The notes beneath the pieces are model-generated. The model searched no databases. It was given only the letters and a program-made list of their open reading frames with translations, and was not told the DNA's origin. A DNA stretch of 35,631 bases from Gemmatimonadota bacterium (GTDB taxonomy: Bacteria; Gemmatimonadota; Gemmatimonadetes; Gemmatimonadales; GWC2-71-9): contig JAZDCZ010000210.1 of the NCBI GenBank assembly GCA_036679605.1, positions 1-35,631 on the forward strand, read 5' to 3'. Positions 17,196 to 27,801 of this stretch are shown piece after piece. The translations under genes were made by a program, and so were the position numbers. Positions within the stretch are counted from its first letter, which is position 1, and every line of letters starts with the position of its first letter.

Positions 17196-18770
17196 GTGAG
17201 CAAAACGCGGAACTACCAAATTGGATCGTATGCGATCTTGGCCGTTTCGGCGGTGGTGCTGTGGGTGGGGGTTGCGGCTGCCGCTGACCGCCCGAATATC
17301 ATCTTCATCTTTACCGATGATCATGCCTACCAATCGATCAGCGCTTATGGTTCCAAGATCAACACGACCCCCAACATCGATCGGCTTGCCCAGCATGGCA
17401 TGCTATTTGAAAACTGTTTTGTCACCAACTCGATCTGCGGACCGATGCGTGCGGTCATTCAGACGGGCAAGTATTCCCATCTCAATGGATTCGTGAGGAA
17501 TGGCAATAAGTTTGATGGCACGCAACAGACCTTTCCCAAGCTGCTGCAGAATGCGGGCTACCAGACCGCGGTGATCGGCAAATGGCACCTAGGGACACAC
17601 ATGGAGCCCAGAGGATATGATTACTCCGAAGTCCTCATGGGCCAGGGTCCTTACTACAACCCCGTCATGATGCGTGATGAGAATGGGGATGGCAAGCGCC
17701 AGAGGATAGCGTACACCGGTTACACCACCGACATCATCACGGATCTGGCGCTGGACTGGCTAAAAAAGGGCCGTGATCGCTCCAAGCCCTTCATGCTGAT
17801 GTATCAGCACAAGGCGCCCCATCGCAACTGGCAGCCCGGCCCACACTATCTGCACATGTATGATGATGTTGAGATTCCCGAACCTTCGACGCTCTTTGAC
17901 GATCACTCCGGCCTGGGCACCCCGGCCAAGACCCAGGATATGTCCATCGCGGTGACGATGAACAAGAACGACCTGAAGTTGACACCGCCCCGGGACCTGA
18001 CCCAAGAACAGAGAATACCGTGGGATGCCGCTTACGACCCCAAGAATGCCGCGTTTGCTAAGATGGGGCTTGCGGGCAGAGATCTGGTCCGCTGGAAGTA
18101 TCAGCGGTACATCAAGGACTACTTGCGGTGTGTTGCCTCCGTGGATGACAACCTCGGCCGACTCCTGGAATACCTCGATGACACGGAATTGGCGAAGAAC
18201 ACCGTCGTCATGTACTGCTCAGACCAAGGATTCTACCTCGGCGACCACGGCTGGTTCGACAAACGATGGGTCTATGAAGAATCCCTGCGGACACCTTACA
18301 TCGTACGTTGGCCGGGAAAAGTCAAAGCGGGGACACGCAATAGTGATCTTGTTTCGCCGCTCGACTTTGCTTCAACTTTCCTGGACATCGCCGGCGTAAG
18401 CATTCCGGATGACTTTCAGGGCGCGTCGCTGGTACCGATCCTGGCCGGCAAAACACCATCCGATTGGCGGTCCAGTCACTACTATCACTACTACGAGTAT
18501 CCCGGTGCCCACAGCGTTCGACGTCACTATGCGGTGGCGGATGGCCGTTACAAGTTGATTCACTTCTACGAGGAAGATGTAGACGAATGGGAGTTGATGG
18601 ACCTAGAGGCCAATGCCGAGGAGACCCTTTCTTTCTACGATGACCCGGCCTACAAGGACGTGCAGGCGGCTCTCCACAAAGAACTCAAACGCCTGCGGGT
18701 ATTGTACAAGGTACCGGAACAGGACCCACCCGCGTCGTTCCCACAGAAACGCGGACAAGCTTCGAAATAG
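17196..18770 (+). CDS. secreted formylglycine-dependent sulfatase (N-acetylglucosamine-6-sulfatase-like)
   Basis: '[12 protein letters not shown]', CxPxR 'ICGPMR', 'GKWHLG', '[17 protein letters not shown]'. AAGGGAG upstream of GTG 17196. Confidence 0.93.
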   Translation: MSKTRNYQIGSYAILAVSAVVLWVGVAAAADRPNIIFIFTDDHAYQSISAYGSKINTTPNIDRLAQHGMLFENCFVTNSICGPMRAVIQTGKYSHLNGFVRNGNKFDGTQQTFPKLLQNAGYQTAVIGKWHLGTHMEPRGYDYSEVLMGQGPYYNPVMMRDENGDGKRQRIAYTGYTTDIITDLALDWLKKGRDRSKPFMLMYQHKAPHRNWQPGPHYLHMYDDVEIPEPSTLFDDHSGLGTPAKTQDMSIAVTMNKNDLKLTPPRDLTQEQRIPWDAAYDPKNAAFAKMGLAGRDLVRWKYQRYIKDYLRCVASVDDNLGRLLEYLDDTELAKNTVVMYCSDQGFYLGDHGWFDKRWVYEESLRTPYIVRWPGKVKAGTRNSDLVSPLDFASTFLDIAGVSIPDDFQGASLVPILAGKTPSDWRSSHYYHYYEYPGAHSVRRHYAVADGRYKLIHFYEEDVDEWELMDLEANAEETLSFYDDPAYKDVQAALHKELKRLRVLYKVPEQDPPASFPQKRGQASK

Positions 18771-18804
18771 AAGCCCGCTAAGAAGTGGGTGATCGGCGCG
18801 TCCT

Positions 18805-20358
18805 TCAGTCGCCGTTCTCCTGTTTCTTCTTTGGTTCGTGGGCCGACTGGAGAAGGAACGTCAGGATCTTGAAGTGATCGTCCTGAAAAGCCTTGTCCGG
18901 GACGCCGACCATCTGCTTCTCGCTCGGCACAACCCCAAAGGGCCGCGCCTTGCTATGGCACAGAATACAGGCGAAATTCTTCTGGGTGTAGGATTCTAGA
19001 ACGGAGTTCACGAGATTGTTGGTATTGGTGATGACACCGGTGATCGGTCCTTGCGGGCCGTTTTTCTCGCGATCGGCCGCAGTCTCAAAGGAAACCGGGC
19101 CCTGATGGTGATTCTGTGTGCCGATCAATTGGTAGTATCGGAGCACTGAAGTGCTCACCGGGAAACTGGTCTGATAATATCTGTTGAGGGTTCGCAGCTC
19201 CGTGGAAATGGCCTGCGAACGGGCCCGATAGATACTGACGGGACGGTCGCTAAGCTTGGGGATGTCGCCGGCAAAGCCGTACTCACGCTGTTCCGAGGTC
19301 GGAGCCAAACCGTTGTTGAAGGTCGGTTTGACCGCGTTTCCGTGACGGTCGACGCTGGCGCGCACATTGTCGATGTGCTCGAATGTGGACGCGACAAAAC
19401 CACCGTCGATACCCCTCTTGGGATCGTAGCCGTTTGGCGTCCAACGCAGGATGTGAAGGGCGACAAGACCCATGAGTTGCGTCTTTGCCGTGCCGTCCTT
19501 TTCATATCCTACGACGAGGTCACGATGCAGATACCGCTCCACTTGTTGCAGACTATCCGGGTCTAGGACACGCCAGGCGGCCTTGACGTCGACAAAGCCG
19601 GTTTGTTGGAAGTCCGGAAGGTCGTGCAGGTAACCGCCGGGGCCGGTTTCGGCCGGGTTGCCGAAGGGCGGGCGTTGGAAGGCCGTTTCGTCGCGCTTGC
19701 CTTCGATGAAGTTGCGGACGGATTCCCGCTGCGTTTTCGCATTGTAATACTGGAAATGGCGGACGTAGCGAAAGAATGCCCGGTTGACCGCAACCTCGTA
19801 TCGAACGAGCCCGCCGTTCTGGTCGCGGAGGGGTCCCGTAAAAAACGGGAAGAAATAGGGTTGCATCGTGTCGGTCGCATATCCCGTGAGCCCCATCGGA
19901 TAGCCGAGCAGAGTACGGGATTCACCCGAAGCCGGTTTCTTGTCTGGCGGCGGCGGGCGTACGCTATTCCATTCTCCCCATTGATCCCAAAGGTCCGGCG
20001 GGGGAAAGACCTCGAAGGGCTCCTTGTACGTTTCCCAGACCGTTTGCGGCAGGATGCCCGACCCCGACATGACACTGAGACGCATAGATGGATCCGGCGT
20101 TCCACGCGAGCCGGAAACGATCAGCGGTCCTGCCGGCGTCACTTCGATACTGAGGGGAACGTTTGGCCAATTCAGAGCGATGAACGATCGCCAGATGAAA
20201 TCATAGAGGAGCTGTTGCTGCTCATTCGGATTGCTCGATGTCTGATAGACCTTCGGAAGAACGGAAAAATCCTCGCTGGAGGCTTTCGCGTTCGCGGTGG
20301 TGCCAAGCAAAAGACAGAGAATGATCGCGAGCATCCCCACTGGAATCCAGTCACGCAT
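18805..20358 (-). CDS. secreted protein with a single C-terminal CxxCH (putative cytochrome c-family protein)
   Basis: Signal peptide; blocks 'WRSFIALNWP', 'VKAAW', 'GLVALHI', 'STFEHIDN', 'YQLIGTQ'; heme motif CILCH. Confidence 0.75.
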   Translation of the reverse strand: MRDWIPVGMLAIILCLLLGTTANAKASSEDFSVLPKVYQTSSNPNEQQQLLYDFIWRSFIALNWPNVPLSIEVTPAGPLIVSGSRGTPDPSMRLSVMSGSGILPQTVWETYKEPFEVFPPPDLWDQWGEWNSVRPPPPDKKPASGESRTLLGYPMGLTGYATDTMQPYFFPFFTGPLRDQNGGLVRYEVAVNRAFFRYVRHFQYYNAKTQRESVRNFIEGKRDETAFQRPPFGNPAETGPGGYLHDLPDFQQTGFVDVKAAWRVLDPDSLQQVERYLHRDLVVGYEKDGTAKTQLMGLVALHILRWTPNGYDPKRGIDGGFVASTFEHIDNVRASVDRHGNAVKPTFNNGLAPTSEQREYGFAGDIPKLSDRPVSIYRARSQAISTELRTLNRYYQTSFPVSTSVLRYYQLIGTQNHHQGPVSFETAADREKNGPQGPITGVITNTNNLVNSVLESYTQKNFACILCHSKARPFGVVPSEKQMVGVPDKAFQDDHFKILTFLLQSAHEPKKKQENGD

Positions 20359-20462
20359 TTCGGGTCCTCTCGAGTAGATTTGACCACTGTCCGTTACGCG
20401 AATATCATATCACCGTCGAGGCACTCGAGCGCGACAGTGAATCCGTATTGATGCGAATCTTA

Positions 20463-20966
20463 TCATCGTTCGGGCAGTCGAGAAAACCGTGTCCGTGACA
20501 CATAGTTCTTTCGAGGGCCGTGGACATGGTACGTAATCCAGAAGCAGTCATTGGAGTCAAATGAGAACTCGGCCTCATAGACGTCGGCTCTGCATCGGTG
20601 CATAGCCGTAGCCCTCGGAGGCTCTCCTACGAATCGAAGTCGAAGAAAAACACTACCGGTCCCCTCGCCATCGGCGAATCGGACCTCAATCGAATCTTCA
20701 TCGAGGATGTAGTGATAGCGGCGTCCCACTTCAAACCGGCCGCCATCGACAAGAGCCATCTCTCCTCGCTCACAATAAGAAAGCAGGCCCGTCGACTCGG
20801 CTCGCCACCAAGCCTCACCGCTCATGCTGCCATGGGGCGAGATCTGCCGATCGACAATCCACCCTCCCTCAAAAAGCCGAAAGACCTTCTCGTTTACAGT
20901 TTCCTCGACGTCCACGATACGATTCCCTAGGCTATGTTCTCGGTTCATGAATCGTTCTCGGTTCAT
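20463..20966 (-). CDS. DUF6314-family protein
   Basis: Pattern 'W..DRQI..G..Y.ERG..RRYHY..VRFADG..H.C..D.Y..VHGPRKNY...TRFSR'; ATGA-coupled to the FMO gene. Confidence 0.75.
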   Translation of the reverse strand: MNRERFMNREHSLGNRIVDVEETVNEKVFRLFEGGWIVDRQISPHGSMSGEAWWRAESTGLLSYCERGEMALVDGGRFEVGRRYHYILDEDSIEVRFADGEGTGSVFLRLRFVGEPPRATAMHRCRADVYEAEFSFDSNDCFWITYHVHGPRKNYVSRTRFSRLPER

Positions 20967-20971
20967 GAATC
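20936..20971. repeat. 18-bp tandem duplication spanning the FMO stop/DUF6314 start
   Basis: GTTCTCGGTTCATGAATC x2, giving MNRERF-MNREHS. Confidence 0.9.
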
Positions 20972-22429
20972 ACCTGGCAACCCAGCAATCGTTTGCCTGG
21001 CAACCCTCGGATTAGCGCCAAAGCCGCTCAGGCGATAGTGAGCTGGGACAACGGGTCCACGCTGAACTCGCGAGTTGAGAGGATCATCCGTCGACAACGA
21101 TGGGAGAACACAGATTTCTTTGGCGATCTGGTCAGCGAAGTTCACATAGTCGCCGTGGGGAAACTGGGGCCTGGGCCTCTCGGTTCGAATGGCGAGCTCT
21201 TCAGTAAGACCGGCAGCAGCCCTCAGCCGATCGAGCTCTGGTGCATTTCCAGAAAAGACCCCAGTTGCCCAACGCGCCTGGAGCTCAACTATGCCAAAGA
21301 AAGGTCCTCGATACAATCCGACAAACGCGATTCCCGGGAGTCCAGGATGGAACGTCGCTCGGTGGAGGAGGGTTGGTTGGAGCGAGTCGGACGGATCGAA
21401 AGCCAAACAGGTCTTCTCCGGCTCGGACAAGAACGGTAGCTCGAGCCTGTAGCCTGTCGCAAAGACCACCGCATCGATTTTCGCCTCAGTTCCATCAAAG
21501 AACGCCGCGGAGTCAGGACCAAGTCCCGTCAACTCGCCACTGCGAACCAACACTTCCCTCCGGCTCACAGCATCGACAAACCCGTCGGAAATTGCGACGA
21601 ACGGCGGCTGACTTGAGTCTTTGTCGACCCACAGTGGGTGACCACGCTCATCGGGATTCAAGGCGAGGTCGGAGAGCCGTTGATTGCTCTGGCGGTTCTT
21701 TTCTTTTCGTGTCAAATCGGGCATGGCTCCAGAGTCACCTCGCCGAAACAAGGCAAAATCAACCGGTACTTTCGAGCTTCCCTGAGGCACGAGTCGAGGC
21801 AAGATCCAGCAGGGTCTCCGCACAAGCGTGACGACTTCCCGACAAACCGGGGATAGCTCGGCTGCAATCTCGAGCCCGCTGAATGCGCCCCCTACCACCA
21901 ACAGCCTCTTGCCCTCAAAGTCCTCCGGCGTCCAGTAATCGTGGCTGTGGAGCACCGTTCCACGGAACGAATCGAGACCCCGAACGCGCGGGATGAAGGG
22001 ACGCGCGAAGAAACCCGATGCAACCACGACAAACTCGTACCGCGCGGCATGTTCTCGACCATTCTCTCTCCACCGAATCTCCCAGATCGAGTCACGCCGA
22101 CCCAACCCGACAACCTCGGCCCCAAGGCGGATCCGATCGGAGATCCGAAAGTGCCTCGCGTACGCGCCTAGATAGGTGCGCACCTCAGCCTGATTCGGAA
22201 AGAGCGGAGCAGAGCTCTTCCATGGGTAATCCGAGAAGCAGCAGCTATGCCGCGAAATGTTGGTCTTCATACCCTCCCAAGCGTGGGCGCCCCGCCCCTT
22301 CCATACACCACCCAAATCCTCGCTTTGCTCAAAGACGGTCGGCTCCAGTCCGCACTCGAACGCGGACTTGGCCGCGGTGAGTCCACTGGGCCCCGCGCCA
22401 ATAATCGCGATTCGTTTGATCGGGTTCAT
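20963..22429 (-). CDS. flavin-containing monooxygenase (FMO)
   Basis: GAGPSG (FAD), FRGTVLHSHDY (FMO fingerprint), GGAFSG (NADPH), FATGY. Confidence 0.92.
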   Translation of the reverse strand: MNPIKRIAIIGAGPSGLTAAKSAFECGLEPTVFEQSEDLGGVWKGRGAHAWEGMKTNISRHSCCFSDYPWKSSAPLFPNQAEVRTYLGAYARHFRISDRIRLGAEVVGLGRRDSIWEIRWRENGREHAARYEFVVVASGFFARPFIPRVRGLDSFRGTVLHSHDYWTPEDFEGKRLLVVGGAFSGLEIAAELSPVCREVVTLVRRPCWILPRLVPQGSSKVPVDFALFRRGDSGAMPDLTRKEKNRQSNQRLSDLALNPDERGHPLWVDKDSSQPPFVAISDGFVDAVSRREVLVRSGELTGLGPDSAAFFDGTEAKIDAVVFATGYRLELPFLSEPEKTCLAFDPSDSLQPTLLHRATFHPGLPGIAFVGLYRGPFFGIVELQARWATGVFSGNAPELDRLRAAAGLTEELAIRTERPRPQFPHGDYVNFADQIAKEICVLPSLSTDDPLNSRVQRGPVVPAHYRLSGFGANPRVARQTIAGLPGDS

Positions 22430-22583
22430 TTCCTCATGCTCGCAAGTGCCCGAACACCGATGGATTTGCTACGGCTTGATTCCAAGGACGCCTAACGTCC
22501 ATCCACTCTGGTTGGCCGTCGCAGTGGGTGTTCATTAGCAACAAACGATCATTTTGTTGAAGCCCTGGCGGTGCTCCGGCTCG

Positions 22584-25500
22584 CTACGGAGCATAGATCT
22601 CCATCACTTTGGACTGAGAGTTGGCGGCGACTACGCCCCCCGCGGGAACGTAGATTTGACTTCCGTTCAAGAGGGGGAAGATCCCGTGCCGGGCGGTAGG
22701 CATGGGGGAGCCAATCCTCCACGTGTTGTTCGCCGGGTCGTAGATGTCCACTCGATCGTAGACCTTGTTCACCGTCGCGCCGGACCCGGTCAACGTTTCG
22801 CCTCCCATGACGTAGAATTCGCCATTGAAGTACACGGCGGCCCCGGTGCCGCCTCGTGCTAGAGGAAGCGGTGCCAGCGAACCTCCCCCGGCGCTGGTTT
22901 GCCAGGTGTCGGTGGCGGGATCGTAGATCTGGGTATCGTCGAACCCGTTGGTCACGAAGTTTCCGCCATCTCTCCCTCCGAATACGTAGAGCTTGATCCC
23001 GTCGGTGGAGGCGGCAGCATGGTTTCGGCCCATGGGCATGACGGCAAGAGGAGCGCTCCAGGTATTGGCTACCGGGTCGTAGGCGGCCACGGTGTCAACC
23101 GTAATGCTTCCGATGATCCCACCGCATACGTAGACCAGGCCATTGATGAAAGCCGCATTGCACGAGCCTGCGTTCCAGGGCATGGAGGTTCCGAGGGACC
23201 AGGAATTCGAGGAGGGATCATAGATCTGTACCTTGCCCTCCGAGGAGGAGCCGAGGCCGCCGAAGAGATACAGCTTGTTGTTGTTGACGACCGCGGCATG
23301 ATGGTTACCGGCGTTTGGCCGCATTGCCTTAGTGCTCCACACGTCGGTGGCGATATCGTACTCGTAGGTGTTCGAATTCCCTTCGCCCACCAGATAGAGC
23401 TTTGAGTTGATGATTCCGCCGGCGACCTCGCCAAGAGCGACAGGAACATTGGATGCGAGTCGCCACCCCCAAGGCTCACTGCCCGCCGGCTGCAGATAAC
23501 GGAAGGACTGGGTCAGGGGTCGGGTCTGACTATTCACCGTCACGATCACGTCGACCGTAGTGGCCGGTGCGGTTGCGTGGGCCGGGATGGTACCGAAGAT
23601 CCGCGTATTGCTCACGGATGTAAGAGGAGCGTTGACTCCGCCGATGGTCAAATTCACGTTTCCGAGAACAGTACCGAAGTTTGATCCACTGACGACGAAA
23701 GGATGTCCGCCAGTAGCGGGTGCTCGCCAGGGGTAGATGTCGTAGACGACGAAATTGGCGCCACTGGGGTCGTTCGGTTCCGCGATTGTGATCTTGTTGC
23801 CTTGGTAATCGATGCCGAGCAGTACCCCTCCGGGTCCCCCCACCACGTCCAAGGCTCCGAGACTCAGAGTCGGGACCTATGAGTTGTTTACCACGGTGCG
23901 TTTGTCGTCGGAGAGCTCGATCCGGAACGTGAGATTGTTGTACTTCTGGGCCACCAGGTTGTCGCGCATGGCTCCGTTGAAGGTATTCGCTCGATACTCA
24001 ATGATGCCGTTGGTCGATGAAGCAAAAGTTGTGATGGCCTGGGTGAACTCGCCGATAATGTCCGATTGGATATGATCATGCCACTTGTTCTGCCTTGGAT
24101 CGGTGCGGCCTCGGTTGCAATTTGAATGGCCGAAGTACTGACCGAACTCGATCAGATTGAGCTCATCCGGGCCCGTGGGTTGGCTGCCACTAGCGACGCA
24201 GCTCGCGATCGAAGACTCTCCAAAACTGGCGTTGGGCCCGTTGTCGGTGGAGTAGATCATATCCCAAGTCGTGTACACGAGATCGTAGGGATTTCTTTGA
24301 CCCGCCCCGAAGACGGTCATGTCCACTCCCGCCACGACATCCACGATGTCCCCGGATACTTGGTCGTCGTTGGGCACACCGGTGCTCGTTTCGACGTAAC
24401 TAATGGCACCGTTGAATCCTAACTTCGATATTTCAGCCTTGAGAGTTCCACCTGAGAGCGGAGAAGCGGGCAGCTCGCCGAGATTGCAATGGACAATACC
24501 AGCGTTCGTGTTGCCGCCCACGTTGACGTAGAGATCACCGTTGCGGTCGAACACAAGCCCGTTGATGCCGTGATCGTGGTTGGAGACGGGGAGTTGGGTG
24601 ATCAGGCCGACTACGTTGAAGCTCGGGGCATCGAGAATCGAAACTTGACCCGAGTAAGGAACCAGCATACCGGTAAGACAGTTTCCTCCATCCGCATAGA
24701 GCTCGGAGTGGGAGACATAGATGCGCACGGGAGCGGGAGGATCGAAGGGATTGAAGGCGATACCGAGGATGTGTTTATTGCCGAGGGCGGCAATGGTGTT
24801 GATCATTGTCGTGTTGGTGACGTTGTAGACGTCGTCAACCGTGATCACGTGAATGATGCCATCTGTTGTTCCGACATAGAGCTTCCCATCGGGCCCCCAA
24901 GCCGCGGTCGAGGGAAAGGTGATCGTGGGAACAAGATCACGCGTGGTGAACTTGATGGGTAAGGGCCCCCCCGGACTGTACGTGAATTGCTTGCTGTTGC
25001 TTGTGCCCTGAGGGGTGTTCACCTTCACGGTGACGATCCCCATTCCGGCCGGCGCGATGAGCTCAACCGACACGGGAGTGACCGTGAGCTGGGAGTTGGG
25101 GATTGTGATGGCACCCCACTGGACGGACACCTGACCCAAGGTAAAGAACCCGAGGCCGTCGAGGGTCACCAGGTTTCCCCCCAACTCAGACCCCTCGATC
25201 GGATTCATGTCGTTGATGACGGGTGCAAAGCTCGTGAAGTCATGGCTGATCGCGGTGGGGTCGATGGGCATGGCGGCACCACCCCCCTGGGCCATTTGGA
25301 CTTCCAGGGGCAGATCCGCAATCGTGTAGACGGCAAATCGGGCGTCGATTATGTGTTGTCCGACGGGTAGAAAGATGGGGCCGGTCGTGGGATTACCGTT
25401 CACCAAGAGAAGGGTGGCGCTCCCTCCGTAGTTGAGGAAGAACTGGTAGGTGTCGCCGGTTTGAATGTCGAGCTGGACCAGGAATCGAACCATCACGTTG

Positions 25501-27599
25501 GTGGTGAAGGGACTGATGTCGGTGAGCTTGAACTCGACCGTTTCCTGGGCGAAGTCCGGTGTGGCGGGAGGAGTTGGGAGCAGGGTGGCCGGATCTCCTC
25601 CCATGGCGTCGTAGGTCATGACGAGGGTGCCGGGCACATGATTGATGGGGACTACGTCGAAGGTGTAAGAGGCGGTCAAGGATTTCGGCGGCACCGCATC
25701 ATCCCCGATGGTCAGATCCACCGTGTGCTGGTTCACGCTGAAATTCTGGGTCACATCGGCCATGGTGGAGAAACTCGAGCCGTTCTCCTTCCAGTTGAAG
25801 GAGACAATCGCTTTACCCGGCTCGTGAGTGTGGGAATCGGAACCCTTGAGGAAGACGTCCTCGTTTCCGTTTCCGTCGAAATCTACCACCACTTCCGGGG
25901 CCACGATGACCACGTGAAGGAACCCGGCTCCGCCTCCACCCGTTCCCGAAAGCTCAACCTTCGCGGTGGCAAAGTTGCCGTCGAACTCGAGATCGAGGAT
26001 TGTTTCCCCACCCTCAGTGGGTTTGAACAAGACGGGAACGACGAGATTCTGTCCGGGCAAGATCGTGGTGTTGACGGGATGAGAAATCGTGCCGTGGTCC
26101 CCGACATAGAGGGTGCCTTCCAGATTCACTTCGAAATCATGGCCCGCTTGCCCGGTCAGCATCCGGAAGGTCAGGGTGGTGGTCGTGACGGGAACGGCTC
26201 CCGTGTTGTCCAGGGTGATGTTCATGGTAGCGCCGATTTGGCCTACATCGACATGGCCCCAGGCGAGAGAGGATGGTAATGCGGCCAACTGCCCTTGGAG
26301 AAGGACCTCGATAGCACTGATCTTGGGATTCTCCGCGTCGTGGAAGAACTCGATGTTCAGAGTGCCGTCGGCCACGGTCACGGGAAGGTCTTCTTGAATC
26401 GCCTTGTAGAGACCTCCCGACTGGGCAAAGACATCGTAGTCCACCAGGGTCGGCGTCCCCTCGAGAGAGACATCGAAAACCCGGAGCCCGGGAGCGGTGA
26501 TCTGGTCGTAGATCTCCGCGAAGTGGAGCCGCACCAGGTAATTGCCCGCCGGTAGGTTCAGGCTGTAAACGAGTTCCAGGGCAGCTCCTGAATCGAATCG
26601 TTCCGTTTGGTACAGGGTGGGATCCGGAGTTCCCGAAATGTTCTGGGAAGTGGAGAAGGGACTCCCGGTGTTGAAACCGAAGTCGGGGGCCCATTTGTGC
26701 CCATCGGAGGCGACGTAGGTCACGGTCGCTCCGCAGTTGATGCGGTAGCGCGTGTCGACATCGAAGGTCTGCTGGTCGAACGACCCTCCCACGTCGGTCG
26801 CCCGCACCGAGAAGGTGTTGAGGCCGGTTTGTCCATTCGGGGTCCAGCTGATGAGGCCACTCACGGGATCGATCGTGGCCCCTGCCGGTGCCGTCTGAAG
26901 GGAGTACGTAATGACATCGCCCGGATTGGGGTCGGTCGCGTCGACGTCGTAGTTGTACACGAGGTTCTCGGTAGCCGAAATCACCGGCGTCGAGGTGATG
27001 GTCGGAGGTTCCTCGACCATCACCACCCCGGTCGAAATCACGTGAATGGCCTTGATGGCGGGGTTGTCGGCCACGTGGGTGAAGCTGATATCAAGCATCC
27101 CGTCGACGTTCATGACGGTAAAGGTCTTCACGATGGCCGTATCGGGGCCTCCCGCGGCCGCGAACTGATCGAAGCTCGTAAGTTTGGTGACCCCGTCGAT
27201 GGCGACATCGAAGAGTCGTTGCCCGGGACCGGTGATGCCGGAGTAGATCTCGGCGAAGTGGAGCTTGACCTTGTACTGGCGAGATGGAGTGACGGCAAGA
27301 CTGTAGACGAGCTCCGGGCTCGGGGAAGGATCCCACCTCTCGACTTGGTAGAGAGGATCCTTGCCAGTGTTGGCGATGGGATTGGTGGTGGTGAAGGTGT
27401 TTCCCGTATTGAAACCAAAATCGGCAACCCATGTCTTGCCTTGGGGATCTATGTATTGACTTCCCCCACAGTTGATTCGATACACATCGGTCTGAACGGC
27501 TTTGGCGGGTCCAGCGGGGCTCTGGCCGGTGACCGGTGACAAGAATGGGCCGAACATCAAAAGGAACAGGGCAAAAAGAGTGCACGAACGAACGATCAT
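22584..27599 (-). pseudogene. giant secreted protein (2x malectin, Ig/cadherin-like, PKD-like, IPT/TIG, glucose/sorbosone-dehydrogenase-type propeller, IPT/TIG, Kelch propeller) interrupted by one in-frame TAG at 23877-23879
   Basis: Malectin 'YRINCG..LHFAEIY..FDV' twice; GSDH 'HDHGINGLVF..G.LY', 'GQRNPYDL'; Kelch repeats. ORFs 23877..27641 and 22584..23852 are in frame (NNS*VPTLSLGAL). GGAGG before ATG 27599. Whether this is a true pseudogene, a sequencing error or readthrough is unresolved. Confidence 0.65.
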
Positions 27600-27801
27600 G
27601 AACCTTCCTCCGTTGGGCGTCATCCAGATTTCTGAAATCACTTCGGGGCCATGAGTGTCGCCCTCTCTGCGGAACGCGAGAGCTCTCCTTGGCCATGACC
27701 GATCGGAAACGGTCGCGAAGATTCCATCAAAAAGGTTCAGGATCGTATCATGATCACTCGAATCGCGTGTCGATTCTCGTCACAGTGCTTCCTCCCGCTC
27801 A

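Noticed and set aside
22490..22540. attC-like hairpin ending in GTTAGGC upstream of the FMO gene
   Set aside because: Only about 50 bp with a degenerate inverse core and 12/16 arm match; no second attC after DUF6314 and no integrase.
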